A stretch of 64,000 nucleotides of DNA, taken from NCBI GenBank assembly GCA_963765205.1, contig CAVXVB010000009.1, positions 896,001 through 960,000 of the forward strand, given 5' to 3'. This DNA is from an uncultured Verrucomicrobiae bacterium (GTDB lineage: Bacteria > Verrucomicrobiota > Verrucomicrobiia > Opitutales > JABDGR01). The position numbers and the translations under genes were made by a program. The first letter of the stretch is position 1. Every line of letters begins with the position of its first letter. The notes beneath the pieces were generated by a model. It had not been told where the DNA came from and did no database searches. It saw only the letters and a program-made list of their open reading frames with translations. Shown here one piece after another: positions 42,239 to 52,722 of the stretch.

Positions 42239-44869
42239 ATGCACCGCTCGACCTCTCTTTTTGCCCTCCTTATCACGCTGCTCGCTGCAGCCCTGCCCGC
42301 TTATTTGAGCGCCCAACCCATCGTCACCGGCCTGCCGACGGACAAGTCCGCGTTCATTGGCACGGCCAACGCCACCGTCACCTTTGATGTCGTTGCCGTC
42401 TCTGCGGACAACGGGACGCTCTCTTACCAATGGGGCATCGTGACGGGGAACGGCAATTTTACCACCGTGACCAATAGTTCGACCTACAGCGGCGTCTTGA
42501 CGCCCAATCTGACCGTCAACAACACCGACCTGACGCTGAACAATGGCGGCACCGGCACCAAATACAAATGCGAAATCACCGAGGGCAACACGACGTTTAC
42601 CACTTTCGGCGCCATCCTGAACGTCTATAACGCGCCGACGGTGGTGCCCACCTTAACCATTTCCGGCAACGGGGTGACCTCCAACACGGTGCTGGCCAAC
42701 AGCACGGCCAACATTGTCCTGACCATCGGCAACTTGAATACCACCTCCAACGATACCGTGAGCGTGCAACGCTATCTGGACACCAATGGCGATGGCAAAG
42801 TTGAGGCGGGCAAGCCGCTAGTGGAAAAATTTGCCGTCACCAACAACAAAGTCACCGCGTTTGGTAGCGTGACCGACCCCGTCATTCCCGGCGACGATAC
42901 CAACATCAATGGCACGATAAACACCCATATCAATCTCAGCACTTCAAACGAAGTGGGGCAGATTTCGGGTAATTACATCATTAAGATAGGCAGCCCCACC
43001 GGGGAGTTTATTCCCATCACCCAAATCCTGACCGTCACCCAGCCCAACTACGGCCCGAGCGTGAGCGGCCAAGTGACCAGCAATGGCACGGGGGTGCCTT
43101 TTGCCCCAGTGGCGATGTTGCAGCAGACGGACAGCAATGGCGACGAAACATTTATTGCCGGCACCGTGGCCAACGCCACGGGTAATTTCACCCTCAATGC
43201 ACCCCTAGGCAGCAACTACGCCCTTTTGGGGTTTGCTGCGGGCTATGTTTCGCCGTTTTCGTTGGCGCCGAGCTTCGACCTCACCAGCAACACAAATCTC
43301 AGCGGGAAAAATATCGGCGTGTCGCCCGCCACCTGCATGATCACGGGCAAGGTGCTGGACTCCGTCACGTCCAATCCCATCTCCAGCGTGCAATTTTTTG
43401 CGCAGGGCAATTCGACGCAAAGCATCGCGACCTCTCTCTCGAACAACAATGGCGAGTTCGTCATCCCGGTGGTTGCAGACACTTGGGATATAGACTTTTC
43501 CGATTACAGCCTCCCCCCCTTGGGCTACCTTAGGCCGCAAAACAAACCCTCCGCCACCACCACGGCCGAGACCGATTCCGAGAATAACGGAGGTAATAAC
43601 AACACCGCGAACGCCGGGATCACCAACATCACCGTGTCCCTGCTGGCGGTCAATGCGCTCATTTATGGCACCGTCACCAATAACGGCAGCCCCTTGGCCA
43701 ACGTGCTGCTGGACGGCAGTGACTCGAATAACAACCAGGCGACGGCCACCACCAACGCGAGTGGCTACTACTACATGGGCGTCAACGGCCCGACCGGCGG
43801 CTCGGGCGACAATTGGAACGTCAGCGCGGACAGTAAAAATCCCACCCTCAACGGCCTGGTGCCGTTCTCCGGCAACAATTTCACGGTGAATAACAACACC
43901 GCGCAGGAAGCGAACTTCACCACCCAGACCGTCACGGCCTACATCAATGGCACGGTGATCGACCTCAGCAATAGCACGGCGCTGGGCAACCTGCCCATTC
44001 AAGCCGAATTAAACAACAATAGTGGCAACTTTGTCCAGGTGCAGACCACCACGGATGACAGTGGCAACTTTAGCTTCGGTGTCTTTGGCGGCAGTTGGAA
44101 CATCCAACTTGATTACGGCAGTGGCAATGACACCCAGAATGCGACGCTCTCCAATCTCGTCAGTGAAAGTTTGAATGAAAACGTCACCAACGGCACGAAC
44201 ATCACCGTCACGCCCTACTTTGCGGTGCTCAATGCGACCAACACCATCACCGGCAACGTGCTGGACGGCAACGGCGCTCCAGTCTCCAACACCAACATTA
44301 ACGCCCAGACCACCAACAACACCACCATCGGCGGCCTCAGTTACACTTCTTACGCCAACACTAATTCCAACGGGACTTACTCTTTGCCGGTGGTCAACGG
44401 CACTTGGAATGTTTTCCCGGGAACGCAGATTTATCCAACGGTGATGATCACCGTCAACGGCTCTTCGGCGAACCCGATCATCCAAAACTTCGCGCCTTCG
44501 CCCTTCCTCGTTTGGGTGCAGAACAACTTTGGGAGCAACCAGTTGGGCGACCCCAACACGGCCACCGAAACCCCGGTGGGCGACGGCATCCCAAATTTGG
44601 TCAAATACGCCTTTAACCTCAACCCGACCACGAACCAGCAGCAAAACCTGCCGCAGGCCACTTTGTCCGGCGGAGCCTTGCACCTGGTCTTTGACAAAAC
44701 CGCCAGTGACATCACCTACACGGTCCAATCCAGCACGGACTTGGTCACTTGGACCACGACGGACCCGAGCCTGCTCGTCGAAGACTGCGGCGAGCAAGTC
44801 ACCGCCACTTACACCCTGACTGGCCACCCGATTGCGTTTTTGCGCATTTTGATCACGTTGAATAACTAA
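42239..44869 (+). CDS. large secreted Asn/Thr-rich surface protein (Ig-like and carboxypeptidase-regulatory-like repeats, conserved-looking C-terminal domain)
   Basis: Signal peptide; LSYQW..YKC Ig-like domain; repeated ITGxVxD..P..TxxxG.F/Y modules; C-terminal DGIPNLVKYAFNLNP and YTVQSSTDLVTW. Confidence 0.85.
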   Translation: MHRSTSLFALLITLLAAALPAYLSAQPIVTGLPTDKSAFIGTANATVTFDVVAVSADNGTLSYQWGIVTGNGNFTTVTNSSTYSGVLTPNLTVNNTDLTLNNGGTGTKYKCEITEGNTTFTTFGAILNVYNAPTVVPTLTISGNGVTSNTVLANSTANIVLTIGNLNTTSNDTVSVQRYLDTNGDGKVEAGKPLVEKFAVTNNKVTAFGSVTDPVIPGDDTNINGTINTHINLSTSNEVGQISGNYIIKIGSPTGEFIPITQILTVTQPNYGPSVSGQVTSNGTGVPFAPVAMLQQTDSNGDETFIAGTVANATGNFTLNAPLGSNYALLGFAAGYVSPFSLAPSFDLTSNTNLSGKNIGVSPATCMITGKVLDSVTSNPISSVQFFAQGNSTQSIATSLSNNNGEFVIPVVADTWDIDFSDYSLPPLGYLRPQNKPSATTTAETDSENNGGNNNTANAGITNITVSLLAVNALIYGTVTNNGSPLANVLLDGSDSNNNQATATTNASGYYYMGVNGPTGGSGDNWNVSADSKNPTLNGLVPFSGNNFTVNNNTAQEANFTTQTVTAYINGTVIDLSNSTALGNLPIQAELNNNSGNFVQVQTTTDDSGNFSFGVFGGSWNIQLDYGSGNDTQNATLSNLVSESLNENVTNGTNITVTPYFAVLNATNTITGNVLDGNGAPVSNTNINAQTTNNTTIGGLSYTSYANTNSNGTYSLPVVNGTWNVFPGTQIYPTVMITVNGSSANPIIQNFAPSPFLVWVQNNFGSNQLGDPNTATETPVGDGIPNLVKYAFNLNPTTNQQQNLPQATLSGGALHLVFDKTASDITYTVQSSTDLVTWTTTDPSLLVEDCGEQVTATYTLTGHPIAFLRILITLNN

Positions 44870-44881
44870 CCCTCGTTGCGG

Positions 44882-45604
44882 ATGCCCGGCCTTGAATTGG
44901 ATTGCGCGCGCGTGCGGGCGGTGACGTTTGACGCCGGCGGCACCTTGCTCACGCCGCAGCCGGGCGTCGGCGAGGTTTATGCGGAAATCCTCGCGCGCTC
45001 GGACATTGCCATTACGCCGGGTCTGCTCAACCAACGTTTCCGCGCGGCATTCAAGGAACTGACCTTCACACGGCCGCGTTCCGTGGTGAATGAAGCGACC
45101 GAAGGCGCGTTCTGGCACGAAGTCGTGCGCCGCAGCGTGACACCGGAATGCCCCGAAAATTTGGTTGCGCGAGTCTTTGCGGAATTGTGGGAGGAATTCG
45201 CCGCGGCGCGGCGCTGGCGCGTGCTGGCCGGAGTTGAAGAAATGCTGGTGGCGCTGTCTGCGCGAAAGAATCTCCGCCTCGCCGTGCTTTCGAACTGGGA
45301 TGCGCGCCTGCACCGCGTGCTGGGCGCGTTTGGGTGGGCGCGCCAATTCGAGCGCGTGTTCATTTCGAGCGAAATCGGCGCGGAGAAACCGGATGTGCGC
45401 GCCTTCCGGGCGGTGGAGTCCGCGCTCAATCTTTCCTCGTCCGCGTGCTTGCACGTCGGCGACAGTTATGCCCATGATTACCGCGCTGCCCAAAACGCCG
45501 GCTGGGAGGCGATCCTGGTGGCCCGCGCCCCGCTGGCCGCTGATTCCCCAATCAACTCGATTGCCAAGCTCGATGAATTGCCGGCCATCTTTCCAAAACC
45601 TTGA
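44882..45604 (+). CDS. HAD-IA family hydrolase
   Basis: FDAGGTL, LSNWD, EKPD, HVGDS..D. Confidence 0.9.
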   Translation: MPGLELDCARVRAVTFDAGGTLLTPQPGVGEVYAEILARSDIAITPGLLNQRFRAAFKELTFTRPRSVVNEATEGAFWHEVVRRSVTPECPENLVARVFAELWEEFAAARRWRVLAGVEEMLVALSARKNLRLAVLSNWDARLHRVLGAFGWARQFERVFISSEIGAEKPDVRAFRAVESALNLSSSACLHVGDSYAHDYRAAQNAGWEAILVARAPLAADSPINSIAKLDELPAIFPKP

Positions 45605-45662
45605 TTCCCGCCGGTTTCAGTTTCATAACTCCGCACTTCACACTCCACACTTCACCCTTCCC

Positions 45663-46031
45663 GTGGAATACCCCCGCCCGACCAACAACCTCATCGCCAC
45701 GCTGCGCGGCCTGCCCGAGGACCACAGCGTGGCGAAGCTGCGCCCGGCCTTTCCGCTCGGCAACCTGATTGAGGTGCTGGAGCAGAAATATAAAATCGGC
45801 CAGGATAAAATCGAAGACCTCATCGCCAAACACTGGACGCAGCTGGTCGGCGAGCACGCCGCGCACCGCAGTGCCCCCCAGCGCGTGGTCGGCGGCGGCA
45901 TCCTGCTCATCCAGGTCAACAACCCCATGCTGCGGCAGGAACTGCAATTCCAGCAGCATAAAATCCTGGACCGCCTCCACCGGCTGCCCGGCGGCGGCGT
46001 GATCAAGGCATTAAATTTCCGCGCGGGGTGA
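45663..46031 (+). CDS. dciA: DUF721/DciA family helicase loader-like protein
   Basis: WTQLVG..AHRSAP..LLIQV..LRQELQF..IL..L..FRAG; GTG start. Confidence 0.72.
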   Translation: MEYPRPTNNLIATLRGLPEDHSVAKLRPAFPLGNLIEVLEQKYKIGQDKIEDLIAKHWTQLVGEHAAHRSAPQRVVGGGILLIQVNNPMLRQELQFQQHKILDRLHRLPGGGVIKALNFRAG

Positions 46032-46270
46032 GTTATTCACAAAATCGGCTTGCGTTGGGGCGCGGGAGGTGGTTTATTTAGCCCTTGCGTTAGAGTCGGC
46101 GACCCCAATCTCACCATTGAACGCCGGTTCCGCGGCCCCCGGCCCGGCGCGCCACCCAACCTAAAATTTGGCGCGTCTGGTCCGGCCCAACGGCAGTTTC
46201 GGCGAGGCGCTGGAATTGCGGTTCCGACCGTTCGGATCTCCAGTTGGCCGTGCGAAAGATCCACAAAATC

Positions 46271-46537
46271 ATGCCTGAAGCTGTTAATAAAGAGAACGTC
46301 ATCACCAACTTCCGTATTCACGAGAAGGACACCGGTTCCTGCGAAGTGCAAGTCGCGCTTCTCACCGCCCGCATTGCCCATCTGACCGAGCATTTGCGGG
46401 ACCATCGCAAGGATTTTCACAGCCGCCGCGGCCTTTTGCAAATGACCAGCAAACGCCGCCGGCTGCTGAATTACCTGAAGAAGCACGATCTGGAGAAGTA
46501 TGCCGAGTTGCTCCAGAAACTGAACCTGCGCAAGTAA
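46271..46537 (+). CDS. rpsO: 30S ribosomal protein S15
   Basis: [34 protein letters not shown]; upstream of pnp. Confidence 0.98.
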   Translation: MPEAVNKENVITNFRIHEKDTGSCEVQVALLTARIAHLTEHLRDHRKDFHSRRGLLQMTSKRRRLLNYLKKHDLEKYAELLQKLNLRK

Positions 46538-46728
46538 CCCCCCGTCCCTCAAAATCGTCCCAGGCCCCGCCTGGTTCTCCCATCGTGCTTGCCGGCTGTC
46601 TGACCCCGGGTGTTTCGGAATAAACCATTCCGACGCCACCGCCTTGCGCGGTGCTGGGCCAGGCCCGCTTGCCCTTTCCATCTGCATCCAAAAAATAACA
46701 CCGCGCGCCCTCTTGCGCGCCCCATCCC

Positions 46729-49149
46729 ATGAAACAACAATACTCCGTCGAGGTCGAAGACCTCGGCATCACCATCGCGTCCGGGAGCATCGCCCGGCAA
46801 GCCAACGGCGCCGTCACCATCGTCAAGGGTGAGACCACCGTCCTCGTCACCGCCACCGTGGCCAATTCGCTGAAGCCCGACCAGGATTGGTTTCCGCTCT
46901 CCGTGGATTACCGCGACAAATTCGCTGCGGCCGGCCGCTTCCCCGGCGGCTACTTCAAGCGCGAAGGCCGCCCGACCGAGAAGGAAATCCTCACCTCGCG
47001 CCTGTGCGACCGCCCCCTGCGCCCGCTGTTCCCGACCGGCTTCATCAACGAAGTCCAGGTCCTCGGCTACCTCCTCTCGACCGACTTGATGAACGAGCCG
47101 GACGTGCTCATGGTCAACGGCGCGTCCGCCGCAGTTTATCTTTCGGACATTCCGTGGAACGGCCCCATCGGCTGCGTGCGCGTCGGCGAAATCAACGGCC
47201 AGTTCGTCGCCAACCCCACCAACGAGGAGCAGTTTGAATCGCGCCTCGATCTCGTCTACGTCGGCAACGAGCGCGACATGATGATGATCGAAGGCAGCGC
47301 GGACCAGATTCCCGAGGCGCGCTTCATCGAAGCCCTCGAATTCGCGCACGCCCAAGTGCAAAAAGTCATCGCCGCGATTAAGAAATTGCACGAAATGGGC
47401 GGCGGCAAGAAAAAGCGCGTATTCAAGCTGCAAACCCCCGATCCGAAGGTGCTCGAGCTTTGCACGCAAATCGCCGGCAGCCGCCTGTCGGCCGCCATGC
47501 ACCAGGACAAGAAGCAGGACCGCGAAACGGCCGTCGGCGTGTTGATTGACGAAGCCAAGAAGACGCTGGAAGGCCAGCTCGGCGCGGCTTACGACAAGAA
47601 CCAGGTGCGCCTGGCCTTCGAAGTCCTCCAGGAAAAAGTTTACCGCGAGAACATCCTCGTTTCCGGCAAACGCGTGGATGGCCGCGGACCGCAAGACTTG
47701 CGCGCGATTTCGTGCAACGTCGGCGTGCTGCCGCGCGTCCATGGCTCGGCGCTGTTTCAGCGCGGCGAGACGCAGGGGCTGGTCATCACCACCCTGGGCA
47801 CGAGCAAGGACGCGCAGGAAATGGACGGCATCACCGGCGGCGCCCGCTCGAAGTCGTTCATCCTGCATTATAACTTCCCGCCGTTCTCGGTGGGTGAAAC
47901 GGGCCGCACCGGCTCGCCGGGGCGCCGCGAAATCGGCCACGGCGCGCTCGCGGAACGTTCCCTGCTGCCCATCATCCCGCCCGAGGACGAATTCCCCTAC
48001 TCCGTGCGCCTGGTGTCCGAAATTATGGAGTCGAACGGCTCGACCTCGATGGCCTCGGTCTGCGGCGGCTGCCTGAGCTTGATGGACGCCGGCGTGCCGA
48101 TTCTCGCCCCCGTGGCGGGCATCTCCGTCGGTCTGGTGTCCCGCGAAAACGGCGGCGTCATCACCGAATATAAAATTCTCACCGACATCATCGGTGCAGA
48201 AGACCACTTCGGCGACATGGACTTCAAAGTTTGCGGCACGCGCGAAGGCATCACGGGCTTCCAGCTCGACTTGAAGATCCACGGCCTGCCGCTGGGCATC
48301 GCCAAGGAAGCCATCGCGCAAAACCGCGAGGCGCGCCTGAAAATCCTCGACATTATGCAGGCGACGCAAAGCGGCCCGCGCACGGAATTGCGCGAGTGCG
48401 CCCCGCGCATCGTGTCGGTCAAGATTGATCCCGAGAAGATCGGGATGCTCATCGGCCCCGGCGGCAAGAACATCAAGCGCATCGTGGAAGTCTCCGGCGC
48501 GCAGATTGACATTGATGACGATAATTCGGGCCGCGTGAACATCTTCTCCAACAGCAAAGAGTCCCTGGAACGCGCGAAGGCCGAAATTGACGCGATGACG
48601 GCCGAAATTGAATTGGGCAAGACCTACAAGGGCATCGTCCGTTCGATCAAGGAATTCGGCGCGTTCGTCGAATGTCTGCCGGGCAAAGAGGGCCTTGTCC
48701 ACGTTTCCGAAATGGCCGACTTCCGCGTCAACCGCGTGGAAGACGTGTGCAAGCTCGGCGACGAGATGCTGGTCAAGTGCATCGGCATTGACGACAAGGG
48801 CAAGTGCCGCCTCTCGCGGCGCGCGGCGATTATGGAGCAGCAAGGCCTGCCCTATACCCCGACCGAAAAACCGCCCTCCCGCGACCGTGGTGACCGTTTT
48901 GAGCGCGGCGGCGACCGCGGCGGACGGGGCGGCGACCGCTTTGGCCCGCCCCGGCGTGGTGATCACGGAGACCGTGGTGATCGTGGTGGACGCGGTGGCG
49001 ACCGCTTTGAGCGCGGCGGCGACCGCGGCCCGGATCGCGGCCCCGACCGGGGTCCGGACCGCCCGCGCGACCAGGGCAACGACCGTGGCGGCCTGAGTGG
49101 TGGGCATGATCAGGCGCCCGAACCGATGCCGGCCGACAGTGGCCAATAA
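46729..49149 (+). CDS. pnp: polyribonucleotide nucleotidyltransferase (PNPase)
   Basis: [37 protein letters not shown] and S1 domains. Confidence 0.98.
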   Translation: MKQQYSVEVEDLGITIASGSIARQANGAVTIVKGETTVLVTATVANSLKPDQDWFPLSVDYRDKFAAAGRFPGGYFKREGRPTEKEILTSRLCDRPLRPLFPTGFINEVQVLGYLLSTDLMNEPDVLMVNGASAAVYLSDIPWNGPIGCVRVGEINGQFVANPTNEEQFESRLDLVYVGNERDMMMIEGSADQIPEARFIEALEFAHAQVQKVIAAIKKLHEMGGGKKKRVFKLQTPDPKVLELCTQIAGSRLSAAMHQDKKQDRETAVGVLIDEAKKTLEGQLGAAYDKNQVRLAFEVLQEKVYRENILVSGKRVDGRGPQDLRAISCNVGVLPRVHGSALFQRGETQGLVITTLGTSKDAQEMDGITGGARSKSFILHYNFPPFSVGETGRTGSPGRREIGHGALAERSLLPIIPPEDEFPYSVRLVSEIMESNGSTSMASVCGGCLSLMDAGVPILAPVAGISVGLVSRENGGVITEYKILTDIIGAEDHFGDMDFKVCGTREGITGFQLDLKIHGLPLGIAKEAIAQNREARLKILDIMQATQSGPRTELRECAPRIVSVKIDPEKIGMLIGPGGKNIKRIVEVSGAQIDIDDDNSGRVNIFSNSKESLERAKAEIDAMTAEIELGKTYKGIVRSIKEFGAFVECLPGKEGLVHVSEMADFRVNRVEDVCKLGDEMLVKCIGIDDKGKCRLSRRAAIMEQQGLPYTPTEKPPSRDRGDRFERGGDRGGRGGDRFGPPRRGDHGDRGDRGGRGGDRFERGGDRGPDRGPDRGPDRPRDQGNDRGGLSGGHDQAPEPMPADSGQ

Positions 49150-49171
49150 ACCCGCGCATGGGCGCGACGAC

Positions 49172-49204
49172 AAACACCCCCGGATTTCCGGGGGTGTTTT
49201 TTTT
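49172..49204 (+). terminator. rho-independent terminator after pnp
   Basis: AAACACCCCCGGA-TT-TCCGGGGGTGTTT followed by a T-tract. Confidence 0.9.
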
Positions 49205-49277
49205 GCGCTACTTTCCCTAATCGAGCGGAAATCTGTAGTATTCCCAAGTTCAGCGGCGTCATTACTATAAAACCATC

Positions 49278-52200
49278 ATGGATGACCGCGAATTGTTGCA
49301 GGAATACGTCGAGCGCCAAGCGGAGCCGGCCTTCGCCGAATTGGTGGCCCGGCACTTGCCCATTGTCCTTGGCACAGCGCAGCGGCTGGTGCGCGAGCCG
49401 CAAGCGGCGGAGGACGTGGCCCAGACCGTGTTTATCCAGTTGGCTCGCAAGGCGTGGACCATCCGCCAAGGCCAGTCCCTCTCCGGCTGGCTTTACCGCG
49501 CCACCCAACACGCCGCGCTGGATGCTCTGCGCAAAGAGCACCGGCGGCAACAACGCGAAACCAGCGCCATGAAATTCGCCGAAACCCAAAATGCCCCCGA
49601 CCCTGCCTGGGAAGAGTTCGCCCCCCTGGTGGACGAAGCCATGCGGCAGCTCAAGCGCGGCGAACAGGACGCGCTGCTGTTGCGCTTTTTTGAAGACAAG
49701 ACCTACGGCGAAGTGGGCCGCATTCTCGGACTCGATGAACGAACCGCGTGCCAGCGCGTGAACCGCGCCCTGGAAAAAATGCGCGGGCACCTTGCCCGCC
49801 GGGGCGTGACCACGACCGCCACGTTGCTGGCCTCCGCTATAACCGCCCATGCTGCGGTGCCTTTGTCCACCGGGATGGCTGCGCAGGTTGCGGGAACATC
49901 ACTCGCCGGCGCAGGCACGGGAGCGTTTTCGGCCTCGGTTGTAAAAACTTTTTTCTATATGACCACCAAAACCAAAATCGCCCTGGCTGCTGCCGTCTTC
50001 ATTGCGGCGGCGACAGTCTCCACCCTTACGCAACAGCGGGAAATCAGCCGCCTGCGCACGGAGTTGGCGGCCAAAAGCGCCCGGCCGGCCGCCCCACCCC
50101 GCACGGGTCAGATCAAGGCGAACGGATTACCCCACAACCTGCCGTGGGATCCGCACGGTCCGCTCGCGGATATTCTTAAAAAATATAAAGGCGCGGACCG
50201 CGTCGCCGCGATTCTCAAGCTGGTGGATGAAACCGCCGTTCCGGATTTGGCCCACTTGATGGATGAAGCCGCCGCCTGCCCGGAATTCGATATCGGTTTG
50301 AATGTATACAGTCTGGCGAACTCTAAATGGGCGCACTCCGATCCGGACGGTGCGCTCAGCTACGCTTATGCGACCGCGAAGAAACCAGGGTTTCTCCCGG
50401 GAGCAACGGCGCTCAGCCCCGTGTTCACCACCTGGGCGGCGGACGACCCGCCGGGCGCCCTTGCCGCCGCGGCCAAATTGGACCGGACTTCGTTTCGGGC
50501 CGCCGCCGTTGGCCAAGTCCTCTCCATCTGGGCCCAAGGCGACCATCCGCTGGATGCTGTAAATGCGGCCAAAAGCATGCCCAAAGGCCTGCTCAAAACC
50601 GATCCGCTATTAACGGTTTTTCAGGCGTGGGCGGAAATGGACCCAGCCGCTGCCTTGGCCAATTTGAGCCTGATTGACAGCGCCAGCACCCGCCGATCAG
50701 TGCAAAGCTCCATCATCACCACCATCGCCGACAGCGACCCCAAGCAAGCGCTCGACATTTTGCACAGCCTGCCCGTGGGCCAGCAAAACACCCAGCTCTA
50801 TGCCAGCGTTTTCAAATCATGGGCCGAGCTGGACCCGGTGGCAGCACTGGCGACGCTGCAAAGCCTGCCGCCGGGGGCCGTGCGCAACGCGGCAACTCAA
50901 AGCGTTTATAGCGGCTGGGCGGAACTGGACCCCGCCGCTGCGCTCCAGGCCATCCAATCCCTGCCGCCAGGCCAGGCGCGCAACCTCGCCCAACAATCCG
51001 TCTTGAATGAATTGGTTCAGCAAGACCCGGAGGCCGCCGCCCAATATCTTGCCACACTGCCGCCAGGCAGCTACCGCAACAATCTCATCATCTCCACGAT
51101 CAAGACTTGGAGCGACACCGACCCCGCCGCCGCGCTCGCCTGGCTCAGCGCCAATGCCAAAGGCGCGGCCTACACTAATAGCATTGCGGGGGTTTTGACC
51201 AATTTAAGCGCCAGCGACCCGGCGGCGGCGCTGGCCTATGTCGCGCAGTTGCCGGAAAGTGCCCAACGCGAAACCGACTATGGAACCGTCCTCGGCCAGT
51301 ATGCCAAAGACGACCCGACCGCCGCCTTCAACTGGCTGAACACCAATCTGACCGACAACGACCATGATACCGCTTTGGCGAGCGCCGTCAGCCAACTGGC
51401 CAAGGTTGATCCCGACACAGCGGCGGCCGATTACCTCCAAATGCCCGCCGGCGGCCCGCGCGACAGCATCACCGGGGCCATTGCGGACTCACTCGCCGCC
51501 CAAGACACCCAGGCGGCCCTCACCTGGGTGCAAAATCTGCCCGCCGACACGGCTGACAGCGTCCGCAGCCAAGCCATGAAAAGCGTCATCACCGCCTGGA
51601 AAAATGTGGACCCGGTTGCAGCGGCCAATTATGTGCAAAATCTCGCGACCGACCCGACTCTGGCCGGGCCGATTGGCGGGGTCGCTTATGCGTATGCAGG
51701 GGTTGATGGACCTGGCGCGTTGGCCTGGGCGCAGGCGCTGCCGGCCGGCCCCACGCAGGACAACGCCGTGCGCAGTTCGATTACCGGGCTGGCCCAGACG
51801 GATCCGCAAACGGCGTGGCAGGAAGCCAGTGTCATTCTCCAACAGCAAGGCACGATTAACGCCAACACCGCGATCAATGGCCCCACGCTCCGGCAAGTCA
51901 TCACCGCCTGGGCCGAAACCGACCCGGCCGGCGCGGCCCAAGCGGCGCTCAACCTGACCACGGCGGGCACCCGGGTAAACTCCATTACCGCGGTGGCCAC
52001 CACTTGGGCGCAACAGGATCCCGACGGCCTCAACACTTGGATGCAAACCTTGCCCCAGGGAGCGGAACGCGATGCCGCCGTGGCGCAATACGTCATGACC
52101 CAAGCCTCTAGCGATCCCGCCGCCGCGTATAGGCTGGCCACAGGTATCGGCGACGACATCAGCCGCTACAACCAAATCGTCATCAGCCTCACCGCTTGGG

Positions 52201-52295
52201 CGAAGAAAGACCCGACCGCCGCCCAAGCCGCCCTGGCCACCGCTCCGATCACGCCGGCCCAGCAAAAGACCATCGCCAATGTCATTAAAAAGTAA
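49278..52295 (+). CDS. ECF sigma-70 factor with TM segment and long C-terminal helical repeat extension
   Basis: Region 2 AEDVAQTVF..GWLY, region 4 LLRFFE..YGEVG..RVNRALEKMR; about 20 WxxxDPxAAL-type repeats. Confidence 0.88.
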   Translation: MDDRELLQEYVERQAEPAFAELVARHLPIVLGTAQRLVREPQAAEDVAQTVFIQLARKAWTIRQGQSLSGWLYRATQHAALDALRKEHRRQQRETSAMKFAETQNAPDPAWEEFAPLVDEAMRQLKRGEQDALLLRFFEDKTYGEVGRILGLDERTACQRVNRALEKMRGHLARRGVTTTATLLASAITAHAAVPLSTGMAAQVAGTSLAGAGTGAFSASVVKTFFYMTTKTKIALAAAVFIAAATVSTLTQQREISRLRTELAAKSARPAAPPRTGQIKANGLPHNLPWDPHGPLADILKKYKGADRVAAILKLVDETAVPDLAHLMDEAAACPEFDIGLNVYSLANSKWAHSDPDGALSYAYATAKKPGFLPGATALSPVFTTWAADDPPGALAAAAKLDRTSFRAAAVGQVLSIWAQGDHPLDAVNAAKSMPKGLLKTDPLLTVFQAWAEMDPAAALANLSLIDSASTRRSVQSSIITTIADSDPKQALDILHSLPVGQQNTQLYASVFKSWAELDPVAALATLQSLPPGAVRNAATQSVYSGWAELDPAAALQAIQSLPPGQARNLAQQSVLNELVQQDPEAAAQYLATLPPGSYRNNLIISTIKTWSDTDPAAALAWLSANAKGAAYTNSIAGVLTNLSASDPAAALAYVAQLPESAQRETDYGTVLGQYAKDDPTAAFNWLNTNLTDNDHDTALASAVSQLAKVDPDTAAADYLQMPAGGPRDSITGAIADSLAAQDTQAALTWVQNLPADTADSVRSQAMKSVITAWKNVDPVAAANYVQNLATDPTLAGPIGGVAYAYAGVDGPGALAWAQALPAGPTQDNAVRSSITGLAQTDPQTAWQEASVILQQQGTINANTAINGPTLRQVITAWAETDPAGAAQAALNLTTAGTRVNSITAVATTWAQQDPDGLNTWMQTLPQGAERDAAVAQYVMTQASSDPAAAYRLATGIGDDISRYNQIVISLTAWAKKDPTAAQAALATAPITPAQQKTIANVIKK

Positions 52296-52459
52296 GGCGA
52301 TATTCGGCCGTGCGGGAAAGCAATCACTTGCGGAGTTCGGACATTCTGGGCTTACGCTGTCGCAGCGAACGCTCAACTTTTAACGTTTTACGTTCAAATA
52401 TGAAAATGATTTCCGCGGGATGAAGCCATTTAAACGGAAACTGCAAACACCATTACACT

Positions 52460-52494
52460 AACGCCTCCGGATTCTGGCCGGGGGCGTTTTTTTT
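52460..52494 (+). terminator. rho-independent terminator-like hairpin
   Basis: AACGCCTCCGG-ATTCTGG-CCGGGGGCGTT then T-tract. Confidence 0.75.
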
Positions 52495-52722
52495 GCGCCC
52501 GGCACCCAACTCCTGGTGGTCGCAAAGCGTTTGCCAAATCGGTTGAATTATGGAATTGGCTGGAATCCCGATTAGATGATAATGCCACTTCTCCATCGCT
52601 TGTGGACTGGATGGACGGTAGGGAATGGCCTCGGCGGAAGTCCAAAAGCGTGATGGAATTGGTCTTACTCTGTTCCACCCCACCCCTACCCCAATCCCGC
52701 AATGCCTTGCGGCACTCCCCCC

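Noticed and set aside
46549..49173. 874-aa antisense ORF (likewise 6700-8301, 1983-3284, 9426-11057, 55640-57199)
   Set aside because: Shadow frames opposite well-supported genes; expected from GC-rich codon bias; no motifs
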